NCBI GenBank assembly: GCA_036785375.1
Contig: JAWMAR010000030.1
Span: 5,952,001-6,016,000, forward strand
Source of the DNA: Leucoraja ocellata
Taxonomy: Eukaryota
Length of the DNA: 64,000 nt
Direction: 5' to 3'
The position numbers and the translations under genes were made by a program. The notes under the pieces are model-generated. The model did no database searches. It was not told where the DNA came from and was given only the letters and a program-made list of their open reading frames with translations. This document shows, in pieces, positions 51,813 to 61,960 of this stretch (position 1 is the stretch's first letter; every line of letters starts with the position of its first letter).

Positions 51813-52430
51813 ACATAGAAACATAGAAAATAGGTGCAGGAGTAGGCCATTCGGCCCTTCAAGCCTGCACCGCCATTCAATATGATCATGGCTGATCATC
51901 CAACTCAGTATCCCGTACCTGCCTTCTCTCCATACCCTTTAGCCACAAGGGCCACATCTAACTCCCTCTTAAATATAGCCAATGAACTGGCCTCAACTAC
52001 CTTCTGTGGCAGAGAGTTCCAGAGATTCACCACTCCCTGCGTGAAAAATGTTTTTCTCATCTCGGTCCTAAAGGATTTCCCCTCTATCCTTAAGCTGTGA
52101 CCCCTTGTCCTGGACTTCCCCAACATCGGGAACAATCTTCCTGCATCTAGCCTGTCCAATCCCTTAAGAATGTTGTAAGTTTCTATAAGATCCCCCCTCA
52201 ATCTCCTAAATTCTAGCGAGTACAATCCGAGTCTATCCAGTCTTTCTTCATAAGAAAGTCCTGACATCCCAGGAATCAGTCTGGTGAACCTTCTCTGCAC
52301 TCCCTCTATGGCAATAATGTCCTTCCTCAGATTTGGAGACCAAAACTGTACGCCATACTCCAGGTGTGGTCTCACCAAGACCCTGTACAACTGCAGTAGA
52401 ACCTCCCTGCTCCTATACTCAAATCCTTTA
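51813..52430 (-). mobile_element. Young CR1 LINE 3' fragment
   Basis: GFEYRSREVLLQLYRVLVRPHLEYGVQFWSP...IEGVQRRFTRLIPGM...WNSLP; (tttctatg)n tail. Confidence 0.95.
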
Positions 52431-52819
52431 TGAAACACTGGGGACAATCTTATCTGGGTTGGAAATTCTATCACTATTCCTTTTCTCAATCTCTCGTTTA
52501 CAATCTTCACAATAATCCATTCTTGGTCACCTCTTGTTTCTCATTTATATTCTGTCCCTCCGCAACATATTATTGGAAGACATGTTGCCCATTGATACCT
52601 AGGTCTATCCTTCTCTATCTTTCTCAAATCTTTGATGTTTCTAGGTATCTGGTGTCTAACCCCAGATAATGTCTGTTCCCTCCAACCAAGACGTGTGTAT
52701 TTGGTAATAAAAATGGAAACACTCAGCAGGTCAGTCAGCATCTGTGGAAAGAATACATGTTCTGATGAAATGTTATTGACCTTAATTAACATCAAGTTTG
52801 ATTTTCTCAATTGATTAAC

Positions 52820-53095
52820 ATCAAGTTTGCCAGTACACCACCATATTGGTCCGGATATCGAATAACAGTGAGATGGAGTGCAGAAAGGTGATTGAGAAGC
52901 TGGCAACTTGGTGCCATGACACCAACCTCTCTCTCAATGTCAGCAAGACAAAGGAGATAGTGATTGACTTCAGGAAGCGAAAGGGTACTCACATCCCAGT
53001 CTACATTAATGGTGCTGAAGTAGAGATGGTTGATTTTCTTCAACAATTTGTCCTGGACCAGTCACATTGAAACTATGGCCAAGAAAGCACACCAA
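52820..53095 (+). mobile_element. Decayed Rex1/Babar RT fragment
   Basis: KFA.(D)T...WCHDTNLSLNVSKTKEIVIDFRK...VYINGAEVEMV. Confidence 0.8.
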
Positions 53096-53522
53096 TTAAC
53101 AGTGTTCACATTCTTTGTGTCTACACCAGGGACACCATTCCCCGCATTGAACGTTGACATAGGCTGAGCAGAACAAACGTCAATCCCAGTATAAATTAGG
53201 CAAGTGTAAAGCTAGTGTCAGGAAAAGTATAAATCAAACACATTTTAAATCATGAGGGATTTAGTTTGGAGGAGTGTAAATCAGGCAGATTGTAAATTGG
53301 GCAGAGCCTGGCCGGGTGTTCTTTGGGAAGGTACGGTTCAAGTGAGGCAGGATATAGTTTGGGCAGACGACAGACACAAATGCTGGAGTAACTCAGCGGG
53401 TCAGGCAACGTCTCTGGAGAAAAGGAATAGGTGACGTTTGGTGTCGAGACCCTGAGCACTGCCTATTTCAAATTGAGCATGGTGTAGTTCAAATGAGTTG
53501 GGATGTAGATTGGGAAGTGCAA

Positions 53523-53658
53523 TTCTTCTTGCGTATGGCGTGCACAGCCTAAAGTTGCAGGACAACTTGTTCTATTTGATCTTACTCGATTGTGCACGCC
53601 AGGTTGATTGCATTTGTCGAAACAGGGCGGACCACGTGAAGGTTGCAATCTCCCACCC
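53523..53658 (-). mobile_element. Second copy of the ~140-bp retroposon at 26625-26762
   Basis: Shares cttgcg..ggcgtgcacagcctaaagttg...gttgattgcattt..gtcgaaacaggg.ggaccac.tg.aggttg.aatctcccaccc. Confidence 0.8.
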
Positions 53659-54746
53659 ACAGAAGGGCACTGTTTTAATGGAATGGGATATACTTTGGAC
53701 AGGCTTTACTAAATGGGGTAGGGTGAAGTTGGACAAGGTTTACTTCAAATGGGTTGAGTGGTTCGGGCAGGTGTAGTTCAAGCACAATTGGGTGCGTTTT
53801 AGATGAGGTGCAGTTTAAGATGGATATGGTTTGGGTTGGTATGATTCATATGGAATACCGACCAGTTTGAACATTATGCAATTCAAGTGAAGCAGGTGTA
53901 ATGAAGGCAGGATGTCATTTGGATGAGATGTAGTTCAAATCCAGCCGGTACATTGTAGTTCAAGTGTGGTGGGGTGAGTGGGGGTAAATTTGTGGGGTGA
54001 TTCAGGTGAAGTATGAATTCAGGTAAAGTAAGTACATTTCAGATAAAGATCAGTCAGCTTTAAACGAGATGGGGTGTAATTCTGGCAGAGGTAACTTAAG
54101 TGGGTCAGGATGTAGTTTGGTCGGGATAGAGACTAAGTAATTTGTACAGGGCGAAAGGCTTTACAAATGATCAATTTAATTACTGTCACTTCCTAATATA
54201 ATAAAATAGCCTCCTGTGAATTGCAGTAGTAATGGTAAAATGAAAGGTAAAATAAGATGAAATTAAGAGGCAAATGGTATATTGGTCTTCATTGTAATAT
54301 GAGTTGAGTACCAGAGGTCTTACTGCAAATTACATTTGGCACTGGTGAGATCTTACCTGGAATAATGTTACTTATCCGGTTTCTTTGCCCAAGGAAGGAT
54401 CTACTACTGATTAAATAAATAAATAAATCATCTCAAGATATGCTTACTTTAAATAGGTTCTCCTCCTTTCTCTGACAGGAGGTCTGTGAGACCATCTTTC
54501 ACTGCTCCCCCTACTCCATGCCCCACCTGGATGTGTATCAATTTCTGCACTTCCCCTCCACTGACAGTGCACCTAGATTCCTTCCCCTGGATTCACAGTT
54601 ACAATTGCTTAATCTTTTCATCGCACAAGTATTTTTTATCTCATGTTTAACCATTCGCCTATCGAAAAAAGCCCTAGCCTGTTTCAGCTATTGCCTGTCA
54701 CACTTTGTCTTGCCCTTTCTCTCTTTTAGCTTTCCCTCCCCCTCCC

Positions 54747-54780
<34 letters not shown>

Positions 54781-54839
54781 ACCTCCCTCCGTAACTCTCT
54801 GGTCAATTCGTCCCTTCCCACCCAAACCACCCCCTCCGC

Positions 54840-55478
54840 TGGTACTTTCCCTTTCAACCGCAGGAAATGCTACACTCGTCGCTTTACCTCCCCCCTTGAC
54901 TCCATTCAAGGACCTAAGCAGTATTTCCAGGTGCGGCAGAGGTTCACCTGCACCTCCTCCAACCTCTTCTATTGCATCCGCTGCGCTAGGTGTCAGCTGC
55001 TCTACATCAGTGAGACCAAGGTTTGATGATCGCTTCGCCCAACACCTTCGCTCAGTTTGCAATAACTAACCTGATCTCCCAGTGGCTCAGCACTTCAACT
55101 CCCCCTCCCATTCCAAATCCGACCTTTCTGTCCTGGGCCTCCTCCATGGCCAGAGTGAGTCCCACCATAAGTTGGAGGAGCAGGACCTCATATTTCGCTT
55201 CGGCAGTTTACACCCCAGCGAACATTGACCTCCAATTTCAGGTAGTTCTTGCTTTCACCCTCTTTCCCCTCCTCCTCCCAACTCTCCCACAGCCCACTGC
55301 CTCGGCCTCTTCCTTTCTTTTTCCCGCCCCCACCATCCCCACATTAGTCTGAAGAAGGGTCTCGACCCGAAACGTCATCCATTCCTTCGCTCCATAGATG
55401 CTGCCTCACCCGGTGAGTTTCTCCAGCGTTTTTATCTACCTTCGATTTTTCCAGCATCTGCAGTTCCTTCTCAAACAA
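54840..55478 (+). mobile_element. Penelope-like retroelement 3' fragment (frameshifted GIY-YIG plus terminal repeat)
   Basis: ttccaggtgcggcagaggttcacctgcacctcctccaac...tacatcagtgagaccaag...gctcagcacttcaactcccc; ends CTGAAGAagggtctcgacccGAAACGTC...gcatctgcagttcc. Reverse complement of 13850-14430. Confidence 0.9.
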
Positions 55479-55904
55479 GAACTAAGAGTTGATGTTTTAA
55501 TATATCGATTTTATTTATTAGGCATTCAGGACTTACATGGGAAGACATTTTTTTAATCTGGAGTGTGTAATTCTCTACCTAAAAGCTCAGTCATTCAATA
55601 TCTGTCCAAATCAGTGAAGGTTGGATTTTGGATACTAAAGGAATCAAAGATTGTTTGAGGAATATGGTACAGAGGACTGAGGAACATAGCACATAACATG
55701 GCCAAATGGCTTACCCTGGTTTATTTCTCATGTCCCTCTGTATCAGAGGAAAATGAATGAGGTAGCAATAAGGGAAATATTAAGGGATTGTATTGTATTC
55801 AATTTATTGTCATTATTTCATAAGAGACAACGAGATGGATTTTCCTTACAGTCAAATACCATAAAAATAAATGATAAATAAATAAAACATATTTTTAAAA
55901 TAAG

Positions 55905-56235
55905 CACAAACACAGAGAGGAGAGAGGAGGGGGAATACAAAAGATAAAGGAGCGGGAGGAAGGATAGAGAGGGCATGATAAATGTGGATAGAAATGCGGA
56001 GGGGGCAGATGGAGAAAGGTAGAGAGAAAGGTAAAGATCAGGAGAAAGGAAGGAGAGTGAGAAGAGGGGATGGGGATTGGGGAATGGTGCGTGCGACAGG
56101 GATAGCGAGGGAGGAAGAAGGACAGAGCGAGAGAATAACAAAACAGGTTAGGAGAGAGGGTGAGGAAAAAGTGGGTGGATAGGAAGAGAAAGAAGGTGGA
56201 TGAAAACGAGAGGGAAAGGTGAGGGACCGAGAGTA
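55905..56235 (+). repeat. Purine-rich (GA) low-complexity tract
   Basis: Almost exclusively A/G on the + strand. Confidence 0.75.
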
Positions 56236-57227
56236 CGAAGAAGTGTAAAGTAGAAATTTATTTTAAGTTGGCATTTGGAGAGATTTCTTTGCGTATTGAA
56301 AATTGAAAACGATGATGCATTGACAGTATTGGGGAAAATGGAGATGGGGAGAGGGAGAGCAGTGACGTTTGGTAGTATGAGGTGGAGTACATACCGTATA
56401 ATTATGTGCTTACTCCATGCTCCATATGTTCTCCAAACAAGCACTCATACTGAAATAACAATATTGTTGTGAATTGTGACATGGCTCCATCGATGCTTTA
56501 TTTTGTTGTTCAAGTATTATAAAAGAGTCATATTGGAAAGGCACGATGAAATGAAAGGTAATGAAATATTGCCTACACTGGAAGCTTGGGAGCTAACACA
56601 GATTTTAGGTGATTCGTACGAGAACCAAAGGGGAGACAAGGAGAACAAGTTTATCCATTTATAATGATCCAAGTCACGGAACTATGAAAGGAAATTCAGT
56701 GGAAAATTCCAAAGGCAATTTTAATGTCATAGTTTCCAGAGCTATGAGAGAGAAGGAAAGAGTGACGCTCTTGTTGAGAGCCTGCATAAGCATGGTGGGC
56801 CTGCATCATATTTGTGGTCCTTGTGTCACTCTTCATGAAGGGGAGCTGCGGAGATTGTTTATCACTTTCTTCATGTTTAAATCTATGCATCTTCTCCTAC
56901 TTGGACTGTAATCCAGGTATTATTTACCAGAGCAACACACAACTGTATTTTTCCTCCTCTGGCATTTTTCTCTTTGCGTCATCTTTTCTGCCTGAGTATG
57001 GCTTCATTATATTCATATACAGTGTGATTTGATCGGATAGCATGCAAACAACTGCTTTTCCACTGCAACTTGCTACCAGGACAATAATAAATGAAAACGG
57101 GTATCTCATGGGCAAAAATAGCCAAATTGGAGCCAAATGCAAATAGTATACAGTATTTCTGGAATAAAGAATGTTATTATTCTTATCCAGCAACCTATCT
57201 CCTGCTCTGGAATCCAGCTTCATGCAC

Positions 57228-57315
57228 CTGTTCCGGGCTGTGACCTTCTCGAGTCCACTTGCTCTCTAGCGTTCTGTTTGCTGCCAACAGTCGGGGCTTA
57301 AGTGGTACTGATTGG
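57228..57315 (-). promoter_or_regulatory. MYOZ1: Candidate MYOZ1 promoter and non-coding exon 1
   Basis: Minus strand reads CCAAT (57315-57311), CTTAAG (57302-57297, weak TATA-like), a short GC-richer segment, then CAG|GTGCAT at 57228/57227. The coding exon has an acceptor, so an upstream exon must exist; this position is inferred. Confidence 0.3.
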
Positions 57316-57562
57316 AGACAGATAATTATGTTGCCCTGCAATTAATCAAAATATCATCACATAGTGACTCTAATACGGTCTCAGGTTGAGCAGGCTCTTG
57401 TTACATGCTGTGCTTTCACATGTTGCACTATTGCACTATCTCTCAATCTAATGTTGCTGCATGCTGCTGTCACGTGATGCTTCATTGTATTTTGTGTTGG
57501 ACAGGATAGAAAAAGGCCATTGATCCACTTGCAAGAGCAAGCCAGGGAACTGCAGATCTGTG

Positions 57563-57732
57563 AGGTGAACATCAGTGTGGAAGACAGAACTGCAGATGCT
57601 GGTTTAAATCGAAGGTAGAGACACAAAATGCTGGAGCAACTTAGCAGGTCAGGCAGCATCTCTGAAAAGAAGGAATGGGTGATGTTTCGGGTCGAGACCC
57701 TTCTTCAGACTACCTTAGGTGGACATCAGTGG
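57563..57732 (-). mobile_element. Solo Penelope terminal repeat with TSD-like flanks, at a CR1 remnant
   Basis: aggtgaacatcagtg before and aggtggacatcagtg after the module gaactgcagatgctgg...gtttcgggtcgagacccttcttcagac. Confidence 0.7.
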
Positions 57733-57734
57733 TG

Positions 57735-58790
57735 GGTAAGTTATTGCAAGGGATTCTGAGGGACAGGATTTATCTGCATTTGCCTGATTAGTGATAGTTA
57801 GCATGGCTTTCTTTGTGGGGGAACCATATCTCACAAAATTGATTGTGTTTTTTGAGGAGGTAACAGAGGATTCATGAGGGCAAGGCAGCAGGCAACGTCT
57901 AAATGGACTTTAGTAAAGCTTTGGAGAAGGTTATGAGTGATATAGAGGTTTAAAAAATTCTGAAGATCATAGATGGCACAGTAGATTGTCACTGCTTTTT
58001 CCCCCATGGTAGGCAGATGGAAACTAGATGGCATAGGTTTAGGTGAGAGGGAAAGGATTTAAAGAAGATGGAATGGGTACCGAGAAGATTTACAATGATT
58101 GGGTTTACAAGTTGCCAGGACTGTAGGGTCTGAGCTATAGGGAGAGGTTGAGCAGGCTGGGACTCTATTCCTTGGAATGCAGGAGGATGAGAGGTGATCT
58201 TATAGAGGTGTATAAAACCATGAGAGGAATGAATAGGGTAGATGCACAGAGTCTCTTGCCCAAAGTAAGTGAATCGAGGACCAGAAGACATAGGTTTAAG
58301 GTGAAGGAGAAAAGATTTAATAGGAATCTGAGGGGTAACATTTTTCACACAAAGGGTGGTGGGTGCATGGAACAAGCTGCCAGAGGAGGTAGTTGAGGCT
58401 GGGACTATCCCAACTTTTAAGAAACAGTTTGCCAGGTACATGGATAGGACAGGTTTGGAGGGATATGGACGAATCATGGGCAGGTGGGATTAGTGTAGCT
58501 AGGATATGTTGGCTGGTGTGGGCAAGGTGGGCTGAAAGGCCTGTTTCCACGCTGTATCACTATGACTATAAGATGTGAGAGACATGTCTTTCACACAGAG
58601 GATGGTGGGTTTATGGAATGAGCTGCCAGATTAAGTGACAGAGACAGGTGTAATTATAATGTTTAAAAAACATTTGGACAGGTACACGGATAGCAAAGAT
58701 TTAGAGGCATATTGGCAAAAACAGGAAAATAAGATTAGGGTATCTTGGTCACCATGGACGAGATCGGCTGAAGAGAATGTTTCCTAATAT
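57735..58790 (+). mobile_element. Cluster of CR1 LINE fragments
   Basis: Fragments include cagcatggcttt-like QHGF, tggactttagtaaagctttgga (DFSKAF) and RLGLYSLECRRMRGDLIEVYK; 3' UTR gggctgaaaggcctgtttccacgctgta. Confidence 0.8.
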
Positions 58791-59599
58791 TCATATTCCT
58801 TTATGAATCTATGAATAAGGATTCATAGTGTCTACCCTCATAATGGGAACCATTGTGGTGGGAAGTTTTTATGTTTAAATTTCTTTATTACTGTTATGTC
58901 TGTATTCTTTCTTTATGTGCTGCATTGGCAAGAAGCATTTCACTACACCTAGGTGTATGTGACCAATAAAATAACCTTTGAACCTTTGAATATGAGCTAT
59001 GAATGTACTACTGTGCGCTTCCAAACCACATAGAAGCATTTCCTGTGCAGGTTACTCCTGCATACTCTCCAATTCATTACTCTTATCTGCAATTTGGACA
59101 TACCCCTTCAGACTGTTTTGCCATTAGGTATTAAGGGGGACGGAGCCCCAGTGAAGGTCTCCCTCCATGTGTGCCCTCTCCCTTTACAGACTTGGGATGG
59201 AGAGAATTACACAGCGCGATGCTCTGCAGGGGGTTTAATTTGGTTCATGGACTCCCAACCCCTCAAATATTTTTGTTGTATGGAGGAGTTTGTGTCTGTG
59301 TTTACATAGAAAGTGAAAGGTTTCAGCCCCAGCTTAAGTATTTAAAAAGGCTCTCTTCAACGTTTGGTCGGACTTCAGCTCCATGCTCCTCTCCTTTAAG
59401 GTGCCTGAGGAGGGCAGGTTGGTCAAAGGAGACACTGGATAATGCAGATATTGGAATCTTGAGCACAAAAACAGACTGTTGGAGGAACTCAGCAGGTCAG
59501 GCAGCATCTGTGGAGGGAAATGGACAAACGATTTTTCGGTCTGGACCCTTCTTCAGGCAGTTGATATAACCTTCTGTTGGGTGGCCATTCACAGGTCCG

Positions 59600-60800
59600 G
59601 GCAGCAGACCACTTGTTCCATTGTCGCATACAGTGCTGTCACATTGACACACATCTCGCTGCCATATTTTGTGCTGTCATGCATTCTGTTATGCATGTCA
59701 TGCCATTGAATGTTGTGTTGTCACCTGTTGCATTATTGCATTGTCACATGTTATTCTCTCAAATGGTGCTTGTTCCTATGTGGCCCTGTCATGTTCCACT
59801 GTTTTGTTATCAAATGGCGCACTGAAACCCATTGCTCCATCAGCCTGTAGTGTTGCAAGCTGTGCTGTCGAGTCGCATTGTATTATTCCACAGCCATGCC
59901 CAGCAGTGTCACACATCACACTGTCGTACTTTGTTCCAGCAAACCGTCTTGTTACAAAATCACATAATGCATTGTACCGATGTGATTGTCAAGAGCTTTT
60001 TGGCTGTCCTGTCGTCAGTCACATCTTGCTCTCTTGTTCTCTCACATGCTTCACTGTGGCACTTTCACATTATTGTTACACAGCACTCTGTCACAAGTCA
60101 TGCTCTTTCTTTCACAAGGTGCATTGTCACACTTGATGCTAACATTTATTATTGAAATTATTATTGTTAGTATTGAAAGCTGCACCGTCACTAGATTGCT
60201 TGTGTTTTAATTTGAATTTGATTTATATACAGTATATATTCTGATGGAAATGGATATATTGTAAATATGTAAACACACTTTTATTTTCAAATCAATGTTT
60301 ATCGTCACTCGATGTTTGGTCAAATTAAACAGTGCATCACCTTCATACATTGCACTGTCACATGTTGCCCTGGCATTCGTTGAGCAGAATAATATCACCT
60401 GTTCTAGACACAAAACAAGTGCCTTGTCACACTCATTCTCTCCTCATACAGGGTTTGCTCCATCAGATTGTGTTCTGTCACACTGTACTGACATGCAATG
60501 TATTTGACATACTCCCTTGCCGAGTGCTGCCTGGCAGTCCCCTTGTTAGGTGGAACTCTATCTATCGTCACCCCCTGCTAATTCTCACATTATACACCAT
60601 CAGCAAGTGCACTCTCACAATGTACACCCTCACATTATGTACCATCAGGCAGTGTACCCTCCCACCCTGTCTACTGTCACACAGAACACTGTCTGGCAGT
60701 TCAGTCACACGTCCTATCCACTGTTGTATCCTGCCCACTGCCACACTGTTCACCAGTGGTGTGGTCTCATACAACATACTGTCAGTGGTGCACTATCACA
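59600..60800 (+). repeat. Degenerate TGTCA(C)-rich cryptic repeat array
   Basis: About 15 TGTCA against about 3 TGACA counted by eye in ~1.2 kb, plus many near-matches (gtcac, tcaca). Confidence 0.65.
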
Positions 60801-61424
60801 TGGTGGGTTGCAACGCTTCATGTTATTATATGATGTGCAAACCTGCTCCTTGAGCTCAATGCTAGAGTATGTTTACTGCCCCTGTTGGTATTCATGACAG
60901 CTGCCCGGTCAATATTCCTTGTATGTTTTGTGACAGGTTCGCAGTTCCCTTCATGTTTGACTCCTACTTTGATTTCATTCTGTCCATCGCTGGAGGTAAT
61001 TTTATCCCTTACGTCACCTTGCTCCGAGGCAGCAGGGAACCTGGCAGTTGCGAGCTGACGATGGATTGCTACATATTCGTCTGCCTGCTGCGCCTTGTTG
61101 GAAGTATTGCCAGCACAAACAAGACCCTGCTGTGCCCCCGTCACCTCACAATGGGAAAGGCTGTGCCCAAAACAGACGAGCAAATCCCTCCGTCGTGGAT
61201 GGAATTCCCCTTCATTCCCAGTCATCAAGGCTCCAGCGAGTCTCCCCAAAGCCCTTCCACCATCTACAAGTTTGGCATGTAGCCAACTTTGTGATCAGCT
61301 CATTGGAATCATAAAATACAGGAAAGTAAGAGTTCAGAACCTACCACGTTAAGAATTCAGTGAACCCGACATGCCGGTGTGTGAAGGTGACCTCAGTAAA
61401 ACCCTTACAAGAACACATGGAAAG

Positions 61425-61960
61425 GGAAGCACAAGTAGGCCATCAGGTCCCAAACTTGCCCCCCCCCCCCCCCCCCCCCATTCAACATGACCACGGTTGA
61501 TCTATGTATCCACTGATCTCAGCTCCTCTTCTGTACCTATTCCCCTTAGTCCCCAATTCCTTGATCTGTCAATATTTAACATATTATATAAATATATCTA
61601 ACGATCTGGCCGTCATAGGAGAAAATAATTCCAGACATTCACTACCTTCTGAAAGGAGAATTTCCCTGTATCTCAGTTTTTAAATGATTGATCTCTTATC
61701 TTGTAACCTTGTTCATGACTCTCTACTAGTGAAAACATCCCAATATCTACCCTGCCAAGCCCCCTTAAGATCTTCTAGATTTGAAAAAGTCATGCCTCAG
61801 TTTTTTAAACTCTAAGGAATGAAACCAAACCATTTAACCTTTCTTTTTGGACAATTCTGTCCGTGGAATCTCCTGTGGACAGCCTCCAATGTTACCACGT
61901 TCTTTTTAAAGTAAGGGGTTCACCGGGACCTTATATGTTGCAATAAGGTAAACCTTCATT
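61425..61960 (-). mobile_element. Decayed CR1 3' fragment
   Basis: agtaggccatcagg...cattcaacatgaccacggttgatct...ttccagacattcactacc...ccccttaagatcttcta is antisense of the CR1 end. Confidence 0.6.

Noticed and set aside
51905-52510. 201-aa ORF as a host gene
   Set aside because: It is the C-terminus of CR1 ORF2 in a 5'-truncated copy with an LINE 3' UTR and microsatellite tail.
13132-57732. CRISPR array or classical MITE reading of the recurring inverted module
   Set aside because: Copies are dispersed in a vertebrate genome, there are no cas genes, TSDs are variable, and the module is the terminus of GIY-YIG Penelope fragments.
59577-60897. Cys/His-rich ORFs resembling metallothionein or zinc fingers
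   Set aside because: The composition follows from the TGTCAC repeat (TGT CAC = Cys-His), with no regular ligand spacing.
61048-61090. DDGLLHIRLP resembling the small heat-shock protein beta-9 motif
   Set aside because: An in-frame stop lies 17 codons upstream and no other alpha-crystallin domain features are present; likely chance.
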